Source: the human T2T-CHM13v2.0 reference genome, Homo sapiens. From it: 64,000 nt of DNA. Below are positions 42,301 through 57,600 of the stretch, piece after piece. Location of the stretch: the NCBI RefSeq assembly GCF_009914755.1, contig NC_060933.1. One strand, given 5' to 3'. Made by a program: the position numbers and the translations under genes. The notes beneath the pieces were generated by a model that was not told the origin of the DNA, did not search any database, and was given only the letters and a program-made list of their open reading frames with translations. How positions within the stretch are numbered: position 1 is the first letter of the stretch; every line of letters begins with the position of its first letter.

Positions 42301-45300
42301 ATGGAACGGAATGGAATGGAATGGAATGGAATGGAATGCAATGGAATGGAATCAACCCGAGTGCAATCGAATGGAATCGAATGGAATGGAATGCAATGGA
42401 ATGGATTCAACTTGAATGGAATGGAAAGAATGGAATCAACACGAGTGGAATGGCATGGATTGGAATGGAATGGAATGGAATCAACCCGAGTACAGGGGAA
42501 TGGAATGGAATGGAATGCAATGGAATGGAATCATCCGTAATGGAATGGAAAGGAATGGAATGGAACGGAATGGAATGGAATTGAATGGAATCAACTCGAT
42601 TGCAATCGAATGGAATGGAATGGAATTAACCGAATAGAATGGAATGCAATGGAATGGAACGGAACGGAATGGAATGGAATGGAATGGAATGGAATAGAAT
42701 GGAACGGAAAGGAAGGGAATGGAATGGAATAGAATGGAATGGAATGGAATCTACGCGACTGCAGGGGAATGGAATGGAATGGAATGCAATGGAATGGAAT
42801 CTTCCCGAATGGAATGGAATGGAATGGAATAAACCCGAGTGCAATGGAATGGAGTGGAATGGAATGGAATGGAATGGAACAACCCGAATGGAATGGAATG
42901 TAATGGAGAGTAAGGGAGTTGAATAGAATCAATCCGAATGTAATGGAATGGAAAGGAACGGAATGGAATTGAATGGAATGGAATGGAATGGAATGGAATG
43001 GAATGGAATGCAATGGAATGGAATCAACCCGAGTGCAATGGAATGGAGAGGAATGGAATGGAATGGAATGGAAACTACCCGAATGGAATGGAATGTAATG
43101 GAGTGTAAGGGAATTGAATAGAATCAATCCGAATGTAATGGAATGGAATGGAACGGAATGGAATGGAATGGAATGGAATGGAATGGAATGGAATGGAATG
43201 CAATGGAATGGAATCAACCCGAGTGCAATCGAATGGAATCGAATGGAATGGAATGCAATGGAATGGATTCAACTTGAATGGAATGGAAAGAATGGAATCA
43301 ACACGAGTGGAATGGCATGGATTGGAATGGAATGGAATGGAATCAACCCGAGTACAGGGGAATGGAATGGAATGGAATGCAATGGAATGGAATCATCCGT
43401 AACGGAATGGAAAGGAATGGAATGGAATGGAATGGAATGGAATGGAATGGAATGGAATCAACTCGATTGCAATCGAATGGAATGGAATGGAATTAACCCG
43501 AATAGAATGGAATGGAATGGAATGGAACGGAACGGAATGGAATGGAATGGAATGGAATGGAACGGAATGGAACGGAATGGAATGGAATGGAATGCAATGG
43601 AATGGAATCAACCCGAGTACAATGGAACGGAATGTAATGTAATGTAATGGAATGGAATGGAATGGAATGGAATGGAATGGAATGGAATGGAATGGAATCA
43701 ACGCGAGGGCAGGGGAATGTGATGGAACGGAATGCAATGGAATGGAATCATCCGGAATGGAATGGAATGGAATGGAATGGAATGGAATGGAATGGAATGG
43801 AATCAACCCGAGTGCAACGGAATGGAGTGGAATGGAATGGAATGGAATGGAACAACGCGAATGGAATGGAATGTAATGGAGAGTAAGGGAGTTGAATAGA
43901 ATCAATCTGAATGTAATGGAACAGAATGCAACGGAATGGAATGGAATGGAATGGAATGGAATGGAATGCAATGGAATGGAATCAACCCGAGTACAATGGA
44001 ATGGAATGGAATGGAATGGAATGGAATGGAATGGAAGGGAATGGAATTGATTGGAATGCCTTCAAACCGAATGGAATGGAAAGGAATGGAATCAACACGA
44101 ATGGAATGGAATGGAATGGAATGGAATGATACGGAATAGAATGGAATGGAACGAAATGGAATGGAATGGAATGGAATCGAATGGAATGGAATGGAATCGT
44201 TCCGAGTGGAATAGGAGGGAATGTATTCGAGTGGAATGGAAAGGAATGGAATCAACCAGAGTAGAATGGAAGGGAATGGAATGGAATGGAAACTAATAGA
44301 ATGGAATCAACCCGAATGGAATGGAATGGAAAGGACTGGAATGGAAAGGAATGGAATGGAATGGAATGGAATGGAATCAACGCGAGTGCAGGGGAATGGA
44401 ATGGAATGGAATGGAATGGAATGGAAAGTAATGGAATGGAATCAACCCGAGTGCAGGGGAACGTAATGGAACGGAATGCAATGGAATGGAATCATCCGGA
44501 ATGGAATGGAATGGAATGGAATGGAATCAACCCGAGTGCAATGGAATGGAGTGGAATGGAATGGAATGGAATGGAACAACCCGAATGGAATGGAATGGAA
44601 TGGAGAGTAAGGGAGTTGAAAAGAATCAATCCGAATGTAATGGAATGGAATGGAACGGAATGGAATGGAATGGAATGGAATGGAATGCAATGGAATGGAA
44701 TCAACCCGAGTACAATGGAATGGAACGGAATGGAATGGAATGGAATGGAATGGAATGGAATGGAATGGAATGCAATGGAATGGAATCTTCCGGAATGGAA
44801 TGGAATTGAATGGAATGGAATGGAATGCAATGGATTCAACTCGATTGCAATGGAATGGAATAGAATGGAATGGAATGGAATGGAATGGAATGGAATTAAA
44901 CCGAATAGAATGGAATGGAATGGAATGGAACGGAACGGAACGGAACGGAACGGAACGGAGTGGAATGGAATGGAATGGAATTGTATGGAATGGAATGGAA
45001 TGGTACGGAATAGAATGGAATGGAAAGAATTGGAATGGAATGGAATCGAATGGAATGGAATGGAATGGAATGGAATGGAATCAACCGGAGTGCAATGGAA
45101 TGGAGTGGAACGGAATGGAATGGAATAGAACAACCCGAATGGAATGGAATGTAATGGATAGTAAGGGAGTTCAATAGAATCAATGCGAATGTAATGGAAT
45201 GGAACGGAATGGAATGGAATGGAATGGAATGGAATGCAATGGAATGGAATCAACCCGAGTACAATGGAACGGAATGTAATGTAATGTAATGGAATGGAAT

Positions 45301-45658
45301 GGAATGGAATGGAATGGAATGGAATCAACCCGAGTGCAATGGAATGGAGAGGAATGGAATGGAATGGAATGGAAACTACCCGAATGGAATGGAATGTAAT
45401 GGAGTGTAAGGGAATTGAATAGAATCAATCCGAAAGGAATGGAATGGAATGGAACGGAATGTAATGTAATGGAATGGAATGGAATCAACCCGAGTGCAGG
45501 AGAATGGAATGGAATGGAATGCAATGGAATGGAATCATCCGGAATGGAATGGAATGGAATGCAATGGAATGGAATGGAATGGAATCAACCTGAGTGCAAT
45601 GGAATGGACTGAAATGGAATGGAATGGAATGGAAACAACCAGAATGCAATGGAATGCA
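36283..45658 (+). repeat. Orientation block 3, GGAAT on + strand (~9.4 kb)
   Basis: Starts atggaatggaatcaacccgagtgc and ends ...agaatgcaatggaaTGCA. Confidence 0.97.
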
Positions 45659-48600
45659 CTCGGGTTGATTCCATTCCATTGCATTCCATTCCATTCCATT
45701 CCATTCCATTCCTTTCCGTTCCATTCCATTTCATTACATTCAGATTGATTCTATTCAATTCCCTTACACTCCATTATATTCCAATCCATTCTGGTTGTTT
45801 CCATTCCATTCCATTCCATTTCACTCCATTCCTTTGCACTCGGGTTGATTCCATTCCATTCCATTCCATTCCATTCCGGATGATTCCATTCCATTGCATT
45901 ACATCCCATTCCATTCCCCTGCACTCGGGTTGATTCCATTCCAGTCCATTACATTACATTCCGTTCCATTACATTCCATTCCATTCGGATTGATTCTATT
46001 CAATTCCCTTACACTTCATTACATTCCATTCCATTCGGGTAGTTTCCATTCCATTCCATTCCTTTCCTCTCTATTCCATTGCACTCGGGTTGATTCCATT
46101 CCATTCCATTCCATTCCATTCCATTCCATTCCATTCCATTCCATTCCATTCCATTCCATTGTACTCGGGTTCATTCCATTGCATTGCATTCCATTCCATT
46201 CCATTCCGTTCCATTCCGTTCCATTCCATTCCATTACATTCGGATTGATTCTATTCAACTCCCTTACTCTCCATTACATTCCATTCCATTCGGGTTGTTC
46301 CATTCCATTCCATTCCATTCCAATCCATTCCATTGCCCTCGGGTTGGTTCCATTCCATTCCATTCCATTCCATTCCATTCCATTCCATTCCATTCGATTC
46401 GATTCCATTCGATTCATTCCATTCCAATTCTTTCCATTCCATTCTATTCTGTACCATTCCATTCCATTCCATACAATTCCATTCCATTCCATTCCATTCC
46501 ATTCCATTCCATTCGGTTCCGTTCCGTTCCGTTCCGTTCCATACCATTCCATTGCATTCTATTCGGGTTAATTCCATTCCATTCCATTCCATTCCATTCC
46601 ATTACATTCTATTCCATTTCATTGCAATCGAGTTGAATCCATTGCATTCCATTCCATTCCATTCCATTCCATTCCATTCCATTCCATTCCGTTGCATTCC
46701 ATTACGGATGATTCCATTCCATTGCATTACATTCCATTCCATTCCCCTGTACTCGGGTTGATTCCATTCCATTCCATTCCAATCCATGCCATTCCACTCG
46801 TGTTGATTCCATTCTTTCCATTCCATTCAAGTTGAATCCATTCCATTGCATTCCATTCCATTCGATTCCATTCGATTGCACTCGGGTTGATTCCATTCCA
46901 TTCCATTCCATTCCATTCTAATCCATTCCATTCCATTCCATTCCGGAAGATTCCATTCCATTTCATTCCATTCCATTCCATTCCCCTGCACTCACGTTGA
47001 TTCCTTTCCATTCCATTCCATTCCATTCCATTCCGTTCCGTTCCGTTCCATTCCATTCCATTCCATTCCGTTCCGTTCCGTTCCGTTCCGTTCCATTCCA
47101 TTCCATTCCATTCTATTCGGGTTAATTCCATTCCATTCCATTCCATTCCATTCCAATCGAGTTGATTCCATTCCATTCCATTCCAGTCCATTCCATTCCA
47201 TTCCACTCCATTCCAGTCCTTTCCATTCCATTCCACTCGGCTTGATTCCAATGTATTCCTTTCCATTCCATTCCATTCCATTGCAATCGAGTTGATTCCA
47301 TTGCTTTGCATTCCATTCCATTCCATTCCATTCCGGATGATTGCATTCCATTGCATTCCATTCCATTCCATTCCCCTGCACTCGGGTTGATTCCACTCCA
47401 TTCCACTCCATTTCATTCCATTCCATTCCATTCCATTGTATTCGGGTTAATTCCATTCCATTCCATTCCATTCCATTCCATTCCATTACAATCGAGTTGA
47501 TTCCATTCCATTCCATTCAATTCCAGTCCTTTCCATTCCATTCCACTCGGGTTGATTCCATTCTATTAGTTTCCATTCCATTCCATTCCCTTCCATTCCA
47601 CTCTGGTTGATTCCATTCCTTTCCATTCCACTCGAATACATTCCCTCCTATTCCACTCGGAACCATTCCATTCCATTCCATTCCATTCCATTCCATTCCA
47701 TTCCATTCCATTTCGTTCCATTCCATTCTATTCCGTATCATTCCATTCCATTCCATTCCATTCCATTCCATTCCATTCCATTCCATTCCATTGTACTCGG
47801 GTTGATTCCATTCCATTCCATTCCATTCCATTCCATTCTATTCCATTCCTTTCCGTTCCGTTCCATTCCATTGCATTCCATTCCATTCTATTCGGGTTAA
47901 TTCCATTCCATTCCATTCGATTGAAATCGAGTTGATTCCATTCCATTCCATTCCATTCCATTCCATTCTATTCCATTCCTTTCCATTCCATTACGGATGA
48001 TTCCATTCCATTGCATTCCATTCCATTCCATTCCCCTGTACTCGGGTTGATTCCATTCCATTGCATTCCAATCCATGCCATTCCACTCGTGTTGATTCCA
48101 TTCTTTCCATTCCATTCAAGTTGAATCCATTCCATTGCATTCCATTCCATTCGATTCCATTCGATTGCACTCGGGTTGATTCCATTCCATTGCATTCCAT
48201 TCCATTCCATTCCATTCCATTCCATTCCGTTCCGTTCCGTTCCGTTCCGTTCCATTCCATTCCATTCCATTCTATTCGGGTTAATTCCATTCCATTCCAT
48301 TCCATTCCATTCCATTCCATTCCATTCCATTCCAATCGAGTTGATTCCATTCCATTCCATTCCATTCCATTCCACTCCATTCCAGTCCTTTCCATTCCAT
48401 TCCACTCGGGTTGATTCCAATGTATTCCTTTCCATTCCATTCCATTCCATTGCAATCGAGTTGATTCCATTGCTTTGCATTCCATTCCATTCCATTCCAT
48501 TCCGGATGATTCCATTCCATTGCATTCCATTCCATTCCATTCCCCTGCACTCGGGTTGATTCTATTCCATTCCACTCCATTCCGTTCCATTCCATTCCAT

Positions 48601-51600
48601 TCCATTGTATTCGGGTTAATTCCATTCCATTCCATTCCATTCCATTCCATTCCATTCCATTCCATTCCATTACAATCGAGTTGATTCCATTCCATTCCAT
48701 TCCATTCCAGTCCTTTCCATTCCATTCCACTCGGGTTGATTCCATTCTATTAGTTTCCATTCCATTACATTCCCTTCCATTCCACTCTGGTTGATTCCAT
48801 TCCTTTCCATTCCACTCGAATACATTCCCTCCTATTCCACTCGGAACGATTCCATTCCATTCCATTCCATTCCATTCCATTCCAGTTCGTTCCATTCCGT
48901 TCTATTCCGTTGCATTCCATTCCATTCCATTCCTTTCCATTCCATTCCTTTCTACTCGTGTTGATTCCATTACTTTCCATTCCATTCGGTTTGAAGGCAT
49001 TCCATTACATTCAATTCCATTCCATTCCATTCCATTCCATTCCATTCCATTCTATTCCATTCCATTGCAATCGAGTTGAATCCATCGCCTTTCATTCCAT
49101 TCCATTCCATTCCATTCCGGAAGATTCCATTCCATTGCATTCCATTCCATTCCATTCCGCTGCACTCGCGTTGATTCCATTCCATTCCATTCCATTCCAT
49201 TCCGTTCCGTTCCACTCCATTCCATTCCATTCCATTCCATTCCATTCCATTCCATTCCGTTCCGTTCCATTCCATTCCATTCCATTCTATTCGGGTTAAT
49301 TGAATTCCATTCCATTCGATTGCCATCGAGTTGATTCCATTCCATTCCATTCCATTCCATTCCATTCCATTCCATTCCTTTCCATTCAATTACGGATGAC
49401 TCCATTCCATTGCATTCCATTCCATTCCATTCCCCTGTACTCGGGTTGATTCCATTCCATTCCATTCCACTCCATTCGTTTCCGTTGCATTCCATTCTAT
49501 TGCATTCCATCTATTCAGGTTAATTCCATTCCATTCTATTCCATTCCATTCCATTCCATTCCATTGCAATGGAGTTGATTCCATTCCATTCCATTCCATT
49601 CCGGATGATTCCATTCCATTGCATTCCATTCCATTCCATTCCCCTGCACTCGTGTTGATTCCATTCCCTTCCATTCCATTCCATTCCGTTCCATTCCATT
49701 CCATTCCATTCTATTCCGGTTAATTCCATTCCATTCCATTCCATTCCATTCCATTCCATTCCATTCCATTCCATTGCAATCGAGTTGATTCCATTCCATT
49801 CCTTTCCATTCCATTCCATTGCCTTGCATTCCACTCGGGTTGATTCCATTCCCTTCTTTCCACTCCAATACATTCCCTTCCATGATTGATTCCATTCCAT
49901 TCCATTCCATTTCATTCCATTGAAATCCATTCCAATCCATTCCATTCCATTCCATTCCACTCGAATTGACTTCATTCCATTCCTTTCCATTCCATTCCAT
50001 TCCTTTCCACTCGAGTTGATTCCATTCCATTCCAATCCATTGCATTCCATTCCATGCCATTCCACTCGGGTTCATTCCATTCCTTTGCATTCTATTAAAT
50101 TCCATTCCATTCCATTCCATTCCATTCCATTCCGTTGCATTCCATTCCATTACATTCGGATTGATTCTATTCAACTCCCTTACTCTCCATTACTTTCCAT
50201 TCCATTCGGGTTGTTCCATTCCATTCCATTCCATTCCACTCCATTCCATTGCACTCGGGTTGATTCCATTCCATTCCATTCCATTCCATTCCATTCCGGA
50301 TGATTCCATTCCATTGCATTCCGTTCCATTACATTCCCCTGCACTCGCGTTGATTCCATTCCATTCCATTCCTTTCCATTCAATTCCATTCCATTACAAT
50401 TCGTTCCATTCCATTCTATTCCGTACCATTCCATTCCATTCCATACCATTCCATTCCATTCCATTCCATTCCATTCCATTCCGTTCCATTCCGTTCCATT
50501 CCATTCCATTCCATTCTATTCGGGTTAATCCCATTCCATTCCATTCCATTCCATTCTATTCCATTCCTTTGCAATCGAGTTGAATCCACTGCATTTCATT
50601 CCATTCCATTCCATTCCATTCCGGAAGATTCCATTCCATTGCATTCCATTCCATGCCATTCCCCTGCACTCGCGTTGATTCCATTCCATTCCATTCCATT
50701 CCATTCCATTCCATTCCCTTCCGTTCCGTTCCATTCCATTCCATTCCATTCGATTGCAATCGAGTTGATTCCATTCCATTCCATTCCATTCCATTCCATT
50801 CCATTCAATTCCATTCCATTACAATTCGTTCCATTCCATTCTAATCCGTACCATTCCATTCCATTCCATTCCATTCCATACCATTCCATTCCATTCCATT
50901 CCATTCCATTCCATTCCGTTCCATTCCGTTCCATTCCATTCCATTCCATTCTATTCGGATTAATTCCATTCCATTCCATTCCATTCCATTCTATTCCATT
51001 CCATTGCAATCGAGTTGAATCCATTGCATTTAATTCCATTCCATTCCATTCCATTCCATTCCAGAAGATTCCATTCCATTGCATTCCATTCCATTCCATT
51101 CCCCTGCACTCGCGTTGATTCCATTCCATTCCATTCCATTCCATTCCTTTCCGTTCCGTTCCATTCCATTGCATTCCCTTCAATTCCATTCCGTTCCGTT
51201 CCATTCCATTCCATTCCATTCTATTCGGGTTAATTCCATTCCATTCCATTCGATTGCAATCGAGTTGATTCCATTCCATTCCATTCCATTCCATTCCATT
51301 CCATTCCATTCCTTTCCATTCCATTTCGGATGATTCCATTCCATTGCATTCCATTCCATTCCATTCCCCTGTACTCAGGTTGATTCCATTCCATTCCATT
51401 CCAATCCATGACATTCCATTCGTGTTGATTCCATTCTTTCCATTCCATTCAAGTTTAATCCATTCCATTGCATTCCATTCCATTCGATTCCATTCGATTG
51501 CACTCGGGTTGATTCCATTCCATTGCATTCCATTCCATTCCATTCAATTCCATTCCGTTCCATTCCATTCCATTACATTCGGATTGATTCTATTCAACTC

Positions 51601-54600
51601 CCTTACACTCCATTACATTCCATTCCATTCGGGTTGTTCCATTCCATTCCATTCCATTCCACTCCATTCCATTGCACTCGGGTTGATTCCATTCAATTCC
51701 ATTCCATTCCATTCCATTCCATTCCATTCCAGAAGATTCCATTCCATTGCATTCCATTCCATTCCATTCCCCTGCACTCGCGTTGATTCCATTCCATTCC
51801 ATTCTATTCCATTCCATTCCCTTCCTTTCCGTTCCATTCCATTCCATTCCATTCCATTCATTCCATTCCGTTCCATTCCATTCCATTCCATTCCATTCTA
51901 TTCGGGTTAATTCCATTCCATTCCATTCGATTGCAATCGAGTTGATTCCATTCCATTCCATTCCATTCCATTCCATTCCTTTCCTTTCCATTCCATTACG
52001 GATGATTCCATTCCATTGCATTCCATTCCATTCCATTCCCCTTTACTCGGGTTGATTCCATTCCATTCCATTCCAATCCATGCCATTCCACTCGTGTTGA
52101 TTCCATTCTTTCCATTCCATTCAAGTTGAATCCATTCCATTGCATTCCATTCCATTCGATTCCATTTGATTGCACTCGGTTTGATTCCATTCCATTGCAT
52201 TCCATTCCATTCCATTCCATTCCATTCCATTCCATTCCGTTCCATTCCATTCCATTACATTCGGATTGATTCTATTCAATTCCCTTACACTCCATTACAC
52301 TCCATTCCATTCGGGTAGTTTCCATTCCATTCCATTCCATTCCTCTCCATTCCATTGAACTCGGGTTGATTCCATTCCATTGCATTCCATTCCATTCCAT
52401 TCAATTCCATTCCGTTGCATTCCATTCCATTACATTCAGATTGATTCTATTCAACTCCCTTACTCTCCATTACATTCCATTCCATTCGGGTTGTTCCATT
52501 CCATTCCATTCCATTCCACTCCATTCCATTGCACTCGGGTTTATTCCATTCCATTCCATTCCATTCCATTCCATTCCATTCCATTCCGGAAGATTCCATT
52601 CCATTGCATTCCATTCCATTCCATTCCCCTGCACTCGCTTTGATTCCATTCCATTCCATTCCATTCCATTCCATTCCATTCCTTTCCGTTCCATTCCATT
52701 CCATTCCATTCCATTCCAATCCATTCCATTCCATTCCGTTCCGTTCCATTCCATTCCATTCTATTCGGGTTAATTCCATTCCATTCCATTCGATTGCAAT
52801 CGAGTTGATTCCATTCCATTCCATTCCATTCCATTCCATTCCATTCCATTCCTTTCCATTCCATTACGGATGATTCCATTCCATTGCATTCCATTCCATT
52901 CCATTCCCCTGTACTCGGGTTGATTCCATTCCATTCCATTCCAATCCATGCCATTCCACTCGTGTTGATTCCATTCTTTCCATTCCATTCAAGTTGAATC
53001 CATTCCATTGCATTCCATTCCATTCCATTCCCCTGCAGTCGGGTTGTTTCCATTCCATTCCATTCCATTCCATTCCATTACATTCCATTACATTCAATTC
53101 CGTTCCGTTGTACTCGTGTTGATTCCATTCCATTGCATTCCATTCCATTCCATTCCATTCCATTCCATTCCATTCCATTCCATTCCACTCCATTGCATTG
53201 CGCTCGGGTTGATTCCATTCCATTCCCTTCCATTCCATTCCATTCCATTCCATTCCATTCTATTCTGGATGATTCCGTTCCATTGCATTCCGTTCCATTA
53301 CATTCCCCTGCACTCGGGTTGATTCCATTCCATTCCATTCCATTCCATTTGATACCATTCCATTCCAATTCTTTCCATTCCATTCTATTCCGTACCATTC
53401 CATTCCATTCCATAGAATTCCATTCCATTCCATTCCACTCCGTTCCGTTCCGTTCCGTTCTGTTCCGTTTCATTCCATTCCATTCCATTCTATTCGGTTT
53501 AATTCCATTCCATTCCATTCCATGCCATTCCATTCTATTCCATTCTATTGCAACCGAGTTGAATCCATTGCATTCCATTCCATTCCATTCCATTCCATTC
53601 CATTCCGGAAGATTCCATTCCATTGCATTCCATTCCATTCCATTCCATTCCAGTCCTTTCCATTCCTTTCCATTCCATTACTGATGATTCCATTCCATTC
53701 CATTCCATTCCATTCCATTCCATTCCGTTCCGTTCCATTCCATTCCATTCCATTCTATTCGGGTTAATTCCATTCCATTCCATTCCATTCCATTCCATTC
53801 CAATCGAGTTGATTCCATTCCATTCCATTCCATTCCATTCCACTCCATTCCAGTCCTTTCCATTCCATTCCACTCGGGTTGATTCCAATGTATTCCTTTC
53901 CATTCCATTCCATTCCATTGCAATGGAGTTGATTCCATTGCTTTGCATTCCATTCCATTCCATTCCATTCCGGATGATTCCATTCCATTGCATTCCATTC
54001 CATTCCATTCCCCTGCACTCGGGTTGATTCCATTCCATTCCACTCCATTCCGTTCCATTCCATTCCATTCCATTGTATTAGGGTTAATTCCATTCCATAC
54101 CATTCCATTCCATTCCATTCCATTCCATTCCATTACAATCGAGTTGATTCCATTCCATTCCATTCCATTCCAGTCCTTTCCATTCCATTCCACTCGTGTT
54201 GATTCCATTCTATTAGTTTCCATTCCATTCCATTCCCTTCCTTTCCACTCTGGTTGATTCCATTCCTTTCCATTCCACTCGAAAACATCCCTCCTATTCC
54301 ACTCGGAACGATTCCATTCCATTCCATTCCATTCCATTCCATTCCATTCCATTCCATTCCATTCCTCTCCTTTCCATTGCACTCGGGTTGATTCCATTCC
54401 ATTGCATTCCATTCCATTCCATTCAATTCCATTCCGTTCCATTCCATTCCATTTCATTCGGATTGATTCTATTCAACTCCCTTACTCTCCATTACATTCC
54501 ATTCCATTCGGGTTGTTCCATTCCATTCCATTCCATTCCACTCCATTCCATTGCACTCGGGTTGATTCCATTCAATTCCATTCCATTCCATTCCATTCCA

Positions 54601-57600
54601 TTCCATTCCGGAAGATTCCATTCCATTGCATTCCATTCCATTCCATTCCCCTGCACTCGCGTTGATTCCATTCCATTCCATTCTATTCCATTCCATTCCC
54701 TTCCTTTCCGTTCCATTCCATTCCATTCCATTCCATTCCATTACATTCCGTTCCGTTCCGTTCCGTTCCATTCCATTCCATTCCATTCTATTCGGTTAAT
54801 TCCATTCCATTCCATTTGATTGCAATCGAGTTGATTCCATTCCATTCCATTCCATTCCATTCCATTCCATTCCATTCCTTTCCATTCCATTACGGATGAT
54901 TCCATTCCATTGCATTCCATTCCATTCCATTCCCCTGTACTCGGGTTGATTCCATTCCATTCCATTCCAATCCATGCCATTCCACTCGTGTTGATTCCAT
55001 TCTTTCCATTCCATTCAAGTTGAATCCATTCCATTGCATTTCATTCCATTTGATTCCATTCGATTGCACTCGGGTTGATTCCATTCCATTGCATTCCATT
55101 CCATTCCATTCCATTCCATTCCATTCCGTTCCATTCCATTTCATTACATTCAGATTTATTCTATTCAATTCCCTTACACTCCATTATATTCCAATCCATT
55201 CTGGTTGTTTCCATTCCATTCCATTCCATTTCACTCCATTCCTTTACACTCGGGTTGATTCCATTCCATTCCATTCCATTGCATTCCATTCTATTCCATT
55301 CCGGATGATTCCATTCCATTGCATTCCGTTCCATTCCATTCCCCTGCACTCGGGTTGACTCCATTCCATTCCATTCCATTACATTCCGTTCCATTCCATT
55401 CCATTCCATTCGGATTGATTCTTTTCAACTCCCTTACTCTCCATTACATTCCATTCCATTCGGGTTGTTCCATTCCATTCCATTCCATTCCACTCCATTC
55501 CATTGCACTCGCGTTGATTCCATTCCATTCCATTCCATTCCATTCCATTCCGGATGATTCCTTTCCATTGCATTCCGTTCCATTACATTCCGCTGCACTC
55601 GGGTTGATTCCATTCCATTCCTTTCCATTCCATTCGATTCCATTCCATTCCCCTGCACTCGCGTTGATTCTATTCCATTCCATTCCATTCCATTCCATTC
55701 CATTCCATTCCATTCCATTCCTTTCCTTTCCATTCCATTCCATTCCATTCCGTTCCGTTCCATTCCATTCCATTCCATTCTATTCGGGTTAATTCCATTC
55801 CATTCCATTCGATTGCAATCGAGTTGATTCCATTCCATTCCTTTCCATTCCATTCCATTGCATTCCAGTCCTTTCCATTCCTTTCCATTCCATTACTGAT
55901 GATTCCATTCCATTGCATTCCATTCCATTCCATTCCCCTGTACTCGGGTTGATTCCATTCCATTCCATTCCAATCCATGCCATTCCAGTCGTGTTGATTC
56001 CATTCTTTCCTTTCCATTCAAGTTGAATCCATTCCATTGCATTCCATGGCATTCGATTCCATTCGATTGCACTCGGGTTGATTCCATTCCATTTCATTCC
56101 ATTCCATTCCATTCCGTTCCATTCCATTTCATTACATTCAGATTGATTCTATTCAATTCCCTTACACTCCATTATATTCCAATCCATTCTGGTTGTTTCC
56201 ATTCCATTCCATTCCATTTCACTGCATTCCATTGCACTCGGGTTGATTCCATTCCATTCCATTCCATTGCATTCCATTCGATTCCATTCCGGATGATTCC
56301 ATTCCATTGCATTCCATTCCATTCCATTCCCCTGCACTCGGGTTGATTCCTTTCCATTCCATTCCATTGCATTCCGTTCCATTCCATTCCATTCCATTCG
56401 GATTGATTCTATTCAATTCCCTTACACTCCATTACATTCCATTCCATTCGGGTAGTTTCCATTCCATTCCATTCCATTCCACTGTATTCCATTGCACTCG
56501 GGTTGATTCCATTCCATTCCATTCCATTCCATTCCATTCCATTCCATTACAATCCATTCCATTCCGTTCCATTGTACTCGGGTTGATTCCATTCCATTGC
56601 ATTCCATTCCATTCCATTCCATTCCATTCCATTCCGTTCCATTCCATTACATTCGGATTGATTCTATTAAACTCCCTTACTATCCATTACATTCCATTCC
56701 ATTCGGGTTGTTCCATTCCATTCCATTCCATTCCACTTCATTCCATTGCACTCGTGTTGATTCCATTCCATTCCATTCCATTCCATTCCATTCCATTCCA
56801 TTCCGGATGATTCCATTCCATTGCATTCCGTTCCATTACATTCCCCTGCACTCGCGTTGATTCCATTCCATTCCATTCCATTCCATTCCATTCGATTCCA
56901 TTCCATTCCAATTCTTTCCATTCCATGGTATTCCGTACCATGCCATTCCATTCCATACAATTCCATTCCATTCCATTCCACTCCGTTCCGTTCCGTTCCG
57001 TTCCGTTCCGTTCCATTCCATTCCATTCCATTCTATTCGGGTTAATTCCATTCCATTCCATTCGATTGCAATCGAGTTGATTCCATTCCATTCCATTCCA
57101 TTCCATTCCATTCCATTCCATTCCATTCCTTTCCATTCCATTACGGATGATTCCATTCCATTGCATTCCATTCCATTCCATTCCCCTGTACTCGGGTTGA
57201 TTCCATTCCATTCCATTCCAATCCATGCCATTCCACTCGTGTTGATTCCATTCTTTCCATTCCATTCAAGTTGAGTCCATTCCATTGCATTCCATTCCAT
57301 TCCATTCCCCTGCAGTCGGGTTGATTCCATTCCATTCCATTCCATTCCATTCCATTCCATTCCATTCCATTCCGTTCCGTTCCATTCCATTACATTCCAT
57401 TCTATTCGGGTTAATTCCATTCCATTCCATTCCATTCCATTCCATTCCATTCCAATCGAGTTGATTCCATTCCATTCCATTCCATTCCATTAAACTCCAT
57501 TCCAGTCCTTTCCATTCCATTCCACTCTGGTTGATTCCAATGTATTCCTTTCCATTCCATTCCATTCCATTGCAATCGAGTTGATTCCATTGCTTTGCAT

